Positions 1 to 7,900 of a stretch of DNA of 13,398 bases are shown here, in pieces. The stretch lies in assembly GCA_964452145.1 (NCBI GenBank), contig CAYVLA010000018.1, positions 27,849 to 41,246 on the forward strand, in the 5' to 3' direction. The DNA is from Candidatus Hadarchaeota archaeon. Its GTDB lineage: Archaea; CAYQAE01; CAYVLA01. Position 1 is the stretch's first letter. The number at the start of each line of letters is the position of its first letter. The position numbers and the translations under genes are program-made. Under the pieces are notes generated by a model. It ran no database searches and was not told the DNA's origin. It was given only the letters and a program-made list of their open reading frames with translations.

Positions 1-1
1 C

Positions 2-493
2 CCTAGCAACTTGGCAGCAATCGCCGAGGTGGTCGACGAGAAGGTCGAACTCCCAGGCGGGTCAAGGGGCAGAGCCGTGCTGTACGATTTCGGGCAGGCA
101 TATGATCTTCTTCGGCCCGTGGTAGACTCAAGAATCCCCTCCGCGTACCTCGTTATCATAGCCGACAACGGTACGGTCGTCAGCTACGGAGAGGGCGTGT
201 CCGACTTCTTCTTCGCGAAGTGGACCTCCATCAAGGCCCTCGGCATCTCGAGAGGAAACCAGAAGCAGGAGTATTTCGCCGAGTATTTTGGAGAGCTGGG
301 GCTTCCCACCGTATCGGCTGCGCCAGCGGGAAGGATTGTCTACGAAAGCGTTCCCGCCGACACGAAGATCAACGTCTATTTCTCTGTTTTAGCGTCCAGT
401 GTGCCTCGCCACGAAGGAATGTACCAGATCATCAGGACGTACGGTGATAGGCAGGTGTTGGACGTTACCCTGAACTGGATGAGTCCCTCCTGA
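2..493 (+). CDS. Hypothetical protein, 5'-partial (C-terminal ~163 aa)
   Basis: The frame is open from base 2 (CCT AGC AAC TTG...) to TGA at 491-493, with protein-like composition. It ends 14 bp before the next gene, suggesting an operon. No family recognised. Confidence 0.7.
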   Translation, partial: PSNLAAIAEVVDEKVELPGGSRGRAVLYDFGQAYDLLRPVVDSRIPSAYLVIIADNGTVVSYGEGVSDFFFAKWTSIKALGISRGNQKQEYFAEYFGELGLPTVSAAPAGRIVYESVPADTKINVYFSVLASSVPRHEGMYQIIRTYGDRQVLDVTLNWMSPS

Positions 494-507
494 ACGACGG
501 TGATTAG

Positions 508-1548
508 TTGATACTGCACAGATCCATTGCAGCCGGGGTTGTCTTGATGTCGCTTTGCTTCATTGATGCAGGTTTGGTGAATGCTGCCTCCGAGGAGGGC
601 AACGCGACAGAGGGCACCGTTCTGATCTTTGTTCAACCCGTGAAGTTCGGCTCCGCGCTGGCCGAGATCATTCGCGAGAACTCGGGGCTGGACGCCATTG
701 AGATATCGGACTACAGGGAACTGGCCGTCATGCTCCTGATGCCTCAGATAAGGTCAGTCGTCTTCGGACCTCGCATGGATTTTCTCACGATCCCTGAGCT
801 ATACAGATCGGGGATTCTGGAGGAAATCGGGTGGTTCTTCAGAAACGGAGGAGGGCTGATCGGACTGGCGTCCGCTGGGCACAGGTCAGTTACCGGCAAA
901 CTAGCCGATGAGGTCTTTCCTCTCTTCGGCAACTATGTCGAGCTAAGCAGGTTCGATTTCGGTACCGGGAGATACGTGCTTGAGTACCGGGCAGCACGTT
1001 CGAACGCCATATCGTCGGGTGTGGACAACCTCCAGCTGGTCGAGCAAGAGTACGTCGTGCATTTGAACCCTGAGACGCTAGTACCTGAGCCGGTGATGCC
1101 TGCCAACGGATCCTACTCGATCATTTACGAGGAGCCAGTCAGTGGTATGCCTCTGGTCATATCATACGAACAACAGGGCAGATCGGTGACGTTCGCTGGC
1201 CTCAACCTCGTGGAGCAAGAGGGTCCTGGGTGCTATGGCGAGGTCGTCAATCACGATTCCTTCAGAAAGGTCTTCCTGAACGCCTTGTTATGGGTCCACA
1301 ACAACCAGGGATACGCTAGGTCAATGGCTAGGAGAGATCAGTATTTCTCTCAGCTCGAGCTGAGGAACCAAGGGTTGGAGGACCTGATGGAATTTAACGC
1401 TGAAAAGGAGACAAGGAAGACCACATGGACGAACGCGATCAGGTTGATCTCAACGATTCTTGGTGCGATGGCCATCTTCCTCATATACAGATCGATGATA
1501 TCGGATGGAACCGTTGAGAGCAGTAGCCGCACGGAACATGGCATCTGA
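508..1548 (+). CDS. Secreted, C-terminally membrane-anchored ThuA-like / class I glutamine amidotransferase-like fold protein
   Basis: N-terminal hydrophobic signal (IAAGVVLMSLCFIDAGLVNAA). ThuA/GATase1-like motifs 'WFFRNGGGLIGLASA', 'PLVISYEQQGRSVTFAG' and 'FRKVFLNALLWV'. A charged helical stalk precedes the C-terminal TM 'LISTILGAMAIFLIY'. TTG start. Confidence 0.7.
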   Translation: MILHRSIAAGVVLMSLCFIDAGLVNAASEEGNATEGTVLIFVQPVKFGSALAEIIRENSGLDAIEISDYRELAVMLLMPQIRSVVFGPRMDFLTIPELYRSGILEEIGWFFRNGGGLIGLASAGHRSVTGKLADEVFPLFGNYVELSRFDFGTGRYVLEYRAARSNAISSGVDNLQLVEQEYVVHLNPETLVPEPVMPANGSYSIIYEEPVSGMPLVISYEQQGRSVTFAGLNLVEQEGPGCYGEVVNHDSFRKVFLNALLWVHNNQGYARSMARRDQYFSQLELRNQGLEDLMEFNAEKETRKTTWTNAIRLISTILGAMAIFLIYRSMISDGTVESSSRTEHGI

Positions 1549-1620
1549 CCGGATCATGCCCGTCGAGAAGCGTACAGGACAGCTCCGCGAAAGAGGACCT
1601 GAGATGTCAGACTGGCTTGT

Positions 1621-2571
1621 GTGGTGGGGCTTGTGAGGAAGCATTTGGTCAAACTTGGGGACAAGTGGAGAGTGAGGAGGCTTGACCCCAACTCACTCAC
1701 ACTGGACTACTGCCGGTTCAGAAGCCAAGGCGCTGCATGGTCAAGAAGGATACCGGTCTGGAAGGCCCAACGAGAGTTGTCAGGGAAACATGTGGGAGAG
1801 GGATTCTCCGTTGAGTACAGGTTCGATGCGGCCTTCGGGACGGCAAGTCCTAGGAACATCTGGCTTGTGCTTGAGTGTCCTGAGAGGTATGCTGTGGAGG
1901 TTAACTCCAACCGGGTTCCTTGCTCTGAGCGAGGATGGTGGATTGACACAAGCTTCAGGAAGATCGGCATACTAGGTTGTGTTCGGAAGGGACAGAACTT
2001 GGTGCGCATTTCTGGGGTCTTTGCTGAAGACTCCGAGGTCGAGAACGCATATGTGGTTGGAGACTTCGCAGTCGAAGTCTCGCATGCTCGACGGTTCAGG
2101 CTGATCGATGAGGCGGAGTATGTGGAGTCCGGAGATCTCGTAGCTCGGGGATATCCTTTCTTTGCGGGGACGATCTCGCTCACCCAGGAGTTCCGTCTGA
2201 GGGAGTTGCTCGACGCGCCCTATTGGCTGGAACTGGAGGGACTTAGGGCTGCCGTGACTTCGATATCGGTCAACGGCAGGAAGCAGGGTACGCTCTGCTG
2301 GGGGTCCGGTAGGATGATGGTCCGTGGGCTCTGCGAGGGCAGGAACGTGTTGGAAGTCAGGTTAACCAATACTCTGAGGAACCTTCTAGGACCCCACCAC
2401 CACAAAGCGGGCGACCCTCTGTCGGTAGGCCCCAGAACGTTCTCGGACGAAGAGAACTGGGTGGACGATTACAGCTTCGTCCCAAACGGCTTCACCGCCG
2501 CTTGGATATATCCCGATATCGAGAGGCACGCAGGAGCAATTGATGCTAGGCCCTCAGGGAGCACTAGGTAG
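1621..2571 (+). CDS. Stand-alone C-terminal beta-sandwich region of a GH106/GH2-like glycoside hydrolase (catalytic barrel absent)
   Basis: Motifs 'PNSLTLDYCRF', 'ENAYVVGDFAV', 'GDLVARGYPFFAG' and 'NVLEVRLTNTLRNLLGPHH' are typical of the last ~300 aa of ~1000-aa putative glycosyl hydrolases. There is an in-frame TGA about 20 bp upstream. The true start may be GTG 1633, behind GGTGGGG. Confidence 0.7.
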   Translation: MVGLVRKHLVKLGDKWRVRRLDPNSLTLDYCRFRSQGAAWSRRIPVWKAQRELSGKHVGEGFSVEYRFDAAFGTASPRNIWLVLECPERYAVEVNSNRVPCSERGWWIDTSFRKIGILGCVRKGQNLVRISGVFAEDSEVENAYVVGDFAVEVSHARRFRLIDEAEYVESGDLVARGYPFFAGTISLTQEFRLRELLDAPYWLELEGLRAAVTSISVNGRKQGTLCWGSGRMMVRGLCEGRNVLEVRLTNTLRNLLGPHHHKAGDPLSVGPRTFSDEENWVDDYSFVPNGFTAAWIYPDIERHAGAIDARPSGSTR

Positions 2572-3345
2572 GGCAGGGAGATGTCGGTGCCAGCAGCCTC
2601 CATGATCGTAGGGATGCGTATACTCCACCACTACGTGGCCCATGCTAGGAGGAGGCGGGACCTATCCGGATTGAGAAAGGTGGGGGTAGATGAGGCCTCG
2701 GTCCGGAAGGGACACAACTGTGTCTCGGTCTTCTGTGACATCGGTAAGTCCACAGTGGTGGATGTCGAGGATGGCAGAGACTCCTTCACCATCACCAGGT
2801 TCAGGGAGTGGGTTGAGTACCAGGGAAGAGCAGATCCCGAGATTGACCCTGAGCTCATCAAGCAGTTCTGCTGCGACATGTCCCCAGCATGCGTCCTGGG
2901 TATTGATCGGAACTTCCCCGAGGCGGAGATCACCTTCGACCGGTACCATGTCCTGGCCATGATCAACAAGGCCCTTGACACGGTGAGAAGACAGGAGAGG
3001 GCAGTCAACGAGGTCTTGAAGAACACCAGGCATATCTGGCTCATGAACCCACCTAACCCAACCAAGAAGCAGAGAGACAGACTTGACGGGATCAAGAACC
3101 TGGATCTCAGGACAGCCCGGGCTTACCACATCAAGACGGCTCTACAGAGACTCTGGGAACACGATGACCCCGCACAGGCAGAGAACTATCTGAAGAAGTG
3201 GTACTTCTGGGCCACCCGCAGCTGTCTTGAACCCATCGTCAAGGGCGCTAAGCCCGTGAGGAATCACTGGGACGGCGCCAGTCTCACCCGGCGGATCAAG
3301 GCTTTGAGCATTTTTATCCACCATCCATTGCGAGGGGTGGCATGA
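2572..3345 (+). pseudogene. ISL3-family transposase remnant, truncated at both ends
   Basis: DDE_Tnp_ISL3 motifs 'GVDEASVRKGHN', 'CCDMSPA', 'ITFDRYHV', 'LDTVRRQE' and 'WYFWATRS'. It begins at 'REMSV' with no N-terminal zinc finger. Similarity stops at 'NHWDG' (~3276), before the 'TNG..EG.N' motif carrying the third catalytic residue. No terminal inverted repeats seen. Confidence 0.9.
3311..3340 (+). promoter_or_regulatory. Candidate archaeal TATA box (TTTTTAT) and RBS (GAGGGGTGG) for the MFS gene
   Basis: TTTTTAT at 3311-3317 in GC-rich context, 25-31 bp upstream of ATG 3342. GAGGGGTGG at 3332-3340. Confidence 0.5.
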
Positions 3346-4652
3346 ACGGTGGCTGCGGACGCCCTGATCCCACGTACGAGACGTACGAGGTCTCGGAACG
3401 TCACTTCTCGAGAAACTTCTGGCTGGGCGTCATCAACGGGACCTTGTTCACCGGCGGGATGGCTTTCTCCGAACCAGGGACCATTCTCCCAGTGTTCGTC
3501 TCCCTATTCACAGGATCGAGCATACTGATCGGCCTGACCGGAACGCTTGTCACCGCGGGCTGGCTATTGCCTCAGGTCGCGGTGGCGCGGTACGTGGAGA
3601 ATATGCCTAGGAAGATGAGACTGTGGAAGATTGCAGCTCTGTTCCGCCTTTCGTCCTGGCTTTGTCTCACAGGTTCAGTTCTCTGGGCAGACAGGATAGA
3701 CCACAAGCTCTATCTTGCCGTTTTCTTTGGGTCTCTGGCGAGCTGTGCGATTCTGGGCAGCCTCAACGGCATCACTTTCATGGACATTGTTGGCAAGACG
3801 ATTCCCCCGGACAAGAGGGGACGGTACTTCGGATATCGAATGTTCTTCTCTGGGGTTGTAGCTGCTCTGGCTGGGATCGTGGTCGCCATTGTCCTCGGGA
3901 ATGCGCAGAGATTCCCCTTCCCCAAGAACTACTTCGTCCTCTTCTTCTTGACGTTCGTCTTCACCCTCTCTGCCGTCGCGGTCTTTCTCTTTGTTGTTGA
4001 GCCGGACGGCAGGTTCAGCCCCAATCTGGAAGGCGGATCCGAGCACTTACACCAGGTCCGGAGAGTGCTATCGGAGGATCGTAATTTTAGGACTTTCCTC
4101 CACGTCATGATATTCGCACATACGTCATCGCTTTCGCTACCTTTCTACATTATCTACGCGACAAGGGTGTTGCACGCACCGACGGATTGGGTGGGGCTGT
4201 TCGTCACCATCGAAATGCTCGCCACTACGGTGTCTAATCTCGCATGGGGCTACGTGGGAGACAAAAGGGGATATCGGGGTTTGACGAGAGTATCTACTCT
4301 CATGTCCATCATGGCCCCGGTCGTTGCTCTACTCTCACCCAACTACCATGTGTTCAGCTTCGTCTTCGCCCTGAAAGGATCGGGAGCCGCAGGCATCCTG
4401 CTGTGTAGGAACAACTACCCTCTGGAGATAGCCCCGATCGCCCGTCGTCCGACATATGTCGGAATCCTGAACAGCTTCGTCGGCTTTGTGCTTCTCCTGT
4501 CGGTCGTGGGGGGCGTTATCATTGATCGGTTTTCGTTCCCTGCCCTTTTCGCAACAACGACCTTCTTGATGTCGATTTCTGTGGTGGGAGCTTTGAGATT
4601 GGAGGAGCCCCGAAGATCAGCGCCTACTGAGGAGGCCAAGCGAGGAAGTTGA
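3342..4652 (+). CDS. Major facilitator superfamily transporter
   Basis: 436 aa with about 12 hydrophobic segments. MFS motifs 'WGYVGDKRGYR', 'IPPDKRGRYFGYR', 'EIAPIARRPTYVG' and 'GGVIIDRFSF'. Confidence 0.93.
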   Translation: MNGGCGRPDPTYETYEVSERHFSRNFWLGVINGTLFTGGMAFSEPGTILPVFVSLFTGSSILIGLTGTLVTAGWLLPQVAVARYVENMPRKMRLWKIAALFRLSSWLCLTGSVLWADRIDHKLYLAVFFGSLASCAILGSLNGITFMDIVGKTIPPDKRGRYFGYRMFFSGVVAALAGIVVAIVLGNAQRFPFPKNYFVLFFLTFVFTLSAVAVFLFVVEPDGRFSPNLEGGSEHLHQVRRVLSEDRNFRTFLHVMIFAHTSSLSLPFYIIYATRVLHAPTDWVGLFVTIEMLATTVSNLAWGYVGDKRGYRGLTRVSTLMSIMAPVVALLSPNYHVFSFVFALKGSGAAGILLCRNNYPLEIAPIARRPTYVGILNSFVGFVLLLSVVGGVIIDRFSFPALFATTTFLMSISVVGALRLEEPRRSAPTEEAKRGS

Positions 4653-4814
4653 GCTTGCCAGAGAACTTCCCCTTCGCAGGAGGCCACAGGCAGCCATGAC
4701 CCGTGTATGCGGAGAACCCATGGCAGGAATATCAGTCACTTCCGTTCGGCAGAAGATCAAGTGCCGCCGAAGCATGGCCGACGAGCAAACCGATCCTTTC
4801 GTGCTATCCCATGA

Positions 4815-4842
4815 TCCGGCCCGAAGATCGTCGGACCTTTTT
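4815..4842 (+). terminator. Possible terminator between the convergent MFS and GH38 genes
   Basis: TCCGGC (4815-4820) can pair with GTCGGA (4830-4835), followed by CC and TTTTT (4838-4842). Confidence 0.3.
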
Positions 4843-4907
4843 CATTCCCCCTCAGTTCAGGATGGGGGTGTCGCAGCCTCCATAACGTGATGGTCTCTCA
4901 GCTGGTG

Positions 4908-7900
4908 TCAGAGCGCTTTCTTGTACTCAGCCCGCCCGTTGCAGATGAGCTTCGCATAGGCCCAGAGTGAGGCTTCGCATGCGGTTCTTCTGACAAGTGC
5001 AAACTGAAGAGCGCAGGAGGATCTCCCTGCGATGTGGAAGCCTCGAACCGCCGGTTCAAGTTCGAGAAGTGAGTAATCGCCAACCTCCTCTTCCGACCAA
5101 CTCTCCAATGGGCTTATCATCGCAATGGTCCCGCCTACGGGTTCGTAGTAGCGGTTCTCAACACGGACTGTCAACACATCGTCCTCGGCGGACGCGCTCC
5201 ACACGATACCAGGGTCGTCGTTGACATCGGGCCCCAAGGGGGGTTCGACATCCTTCCCTTGGTAGAGGTGCCTGCTGCTACTTCCGATCTCCATTGCATC
5301 CTCTAGGATCTGGCCTTCGTGAGTCAGCCTTACTTGAAGAAGTCCTCTCTTTCTCAACCGGGAGAAACCAAACGTGACGGGGTACGATGCATGCTTTCCG
5401 GGTGCCACCTCGTACCGCAGAGTCCTAGGTGTGACAGTCCACCCGGCAGGGGCATCAATGAAGGCATTGCCAGAGATGCTTCGGTCTGCATAGTTGTTCA
5501 CCACCGAGGCGGATATGCGGTTCAGTTCGGCTGGGTATCCGTTCACTTCGCTCACCGCGGATCCCTGAAGAGAGACTGCCACTGGCTGGAATCTCCAAGG
5601 TGCGGCACCAAGGTTATGCCTCCAATACTTGGAGTAGGTAGGCTGCATGACCTCGGCTGCCGCCTCCCCAATATGGACGGTGGGCAGGACCCCCGACGGC
5701 TTGACCTCGTAGGTTTCGACAGCGAAGGGGCCTATGCAATCTGAGAAGCTGTTGCCTACGCGATCCACCTGCCCGAGGCGTTCTCCCAGCAGGTTCGTCT
5801 TCCAGATCTCACTTATCTCGCACGATAGTTTGACTTCCATCTCCGTTGCTTTGCCCTCGGCTTCGTATAACCTGAGCATTACTCCTCCTCCAGCACCGGG
5901 TTCGAAGCTTTCGAAAGTCGCTACGGGGTTGTCCTTGGGCCTGCAGGCCGAAAGAACCACGTTGGAGGACGAAATCGTCAGAAATGAGTGCCTCGGGGGT
6001 AGACGCCCCTTGTGCCGATCGACTTGGATGGATATCAAAGGGATGTTGTACTCCCAACCCCTTCTATAGGACTGGGCCTCTCTCCAGCTTGCTGCATGTG
6101 GGTACACGGCATAGAAGAATACCCTGTCTGTCTGCTCGGGGACGAACCTTTGTCCGAGATGTTTCCGAACCCAGTCCGATGTATGTTCAAGGAGCAGGGT
6201 CATCGTCCCATCGGGCTCAACGGTGTTCGCCATGTTGCCGTTGTTCAGGACGCTTACCCCATAGTCCTCTACCGAATTGTCCCCAAGACGGTTGGAATGC
6301 TCAGGAAGTACTAGATCGCCGGATTCCAGGCCCTGCAGTAGAAAGCCCACGGCTTCCTCGAGAGCTGATGGGTTCCTTGCCTCGACCACCAAGACCGGAG
6401 CATTATCGCCAACGTAGGGGGCGTTGTCCTTAACCACGACGAGGCCAAACCCCTTGTGCCGTATCTGGTCGGCGAGGTACTCTCTAACGGCCTCCTCGGC
6501 CCTCCTCAGAACGGAACTCGAATACGGGTTGTTCCCCGCATATCCCAGGGAGATTGTGAAGCTGGCATTCCCGAGGCCCATATTCCGGGCCTCATCACCG
6601 GGGATGGGGGTTGTGAGGATTCCTCGGTTAGCCAGACCCTTCTGGAGATCCGCAGCAATATTCTCAACGGCGCCATATTTCGGAGGCAGAATCAGACCTA
6701 CCAAGCCGAGAGGTACAGACGCAGCTGTTCGCCCCTGTCCATCCACGAACCTCATCTTGGTCGTTGAGCCGTAGTCGAAGAAGTTCTGAGATGAATGGAT
6801 TGCACAACCCGAGTAGGCATGGCCGGCCCAAGTCCGGTAGTCGAGGGCACTTCGGCCGGGAGACTTCACGATTGCGCCAAATCTCTCTTCAAAAGTGAGG
6901 CCCGCGCCCTCCACCTGGATGGGGAAGAGTACCGCAAGGAGATCATCTTGTCCCGAGTAGTGTCGGATCTCCGTTCGGAGGTCTACTCTTCTCATGCCTC
7001 GTCGAAGCCATATCTCCCTGACGAGATCGCAAGTCTCTCCTAGCCTGCCTCGAACTAGGATTCTCATCGTCGGACCAGACTTCTGTACCGTAACATCGAC
7101 GGGGTAGTCCCTGGAGAACGTCTTCTCGCCGGTGGTGTGAAACTCCCATGAGGGGTCTGGTCTGTCACCTTTCTCCTTGAGCACCGCGATTTCGTTGGCA
7201 AGGTGATCACCATCCTCCCTGACAATCTCCTTGCCGGACTGTTTGTCTATGAAGCTGCAGATGCCACCTCCTCTCGACCTGTCAACTTTGATCCTCAGGA
7301 ACTCGTTCTCAATACAGTCTGCGTCTGTTAGTGATTCCCACTGTGGCAGAGTGCCTTCTTCCATGGGAGATACCCCGTACACCGAGTAGCCGCAGGATGG
7401 GATGCCGTGGGCTACGAACTCGATTCGGGCTGCGAGTGTCCCCTGATCCGTCGCCTCGCTTTCGAGAACGCTGAAAGGGATGCGATCCCCCTTCATGTCC
7501 GTTAATGAGAAAGAGGGGACTGGCCGTGGGAACCTTACCCAAGCCCTCACAACATCGGTTCTCTCCCAATTCAGGGCATTGAACACAATCAAGGGAATGC
7601 AAGCGGTTCCAGTTGTATCGATGTTTGCCGCTATGAAGCTCAAGGATTCCTTGACGATCAGTTTGGCAAGAGCGAGGGCTTCCCTGTATCCCTGCAACAT
7701 GTCGAGATAGGAAATGTCCGAGCAGGTCCCCGTGATGCCATCGTGATGCGAGTTGAAGAGAATCTGTCGCCACGCCTTGTCCAGAATGATGTCTGGATAT
7801 GGCCTACCCAGAACCGATGCAAAGGTGGAAAGTAGTTCGGCGCTATACAATGCAGACTCGATGAGTCTGTTCGCAATCTTCAGCTCCACTCTCGACAGGG

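Noticed and set aside
2569..2581. The GH module and the ISL3 ORF are in the same frame, separated by a single TAG (possible read-through or pyrrolysine fusion)
   Set aside because: The two proteins are unrelated, the transposase is degenerate, and other genes here end normally in TAG. A one-in-three frame coincidence is sufficient.
4696..4890. Two 60-64 aa plus-strand ORFs
   Set aside because: No recognisable motifs, RBS or promoter, and they overlap each other in different frames.
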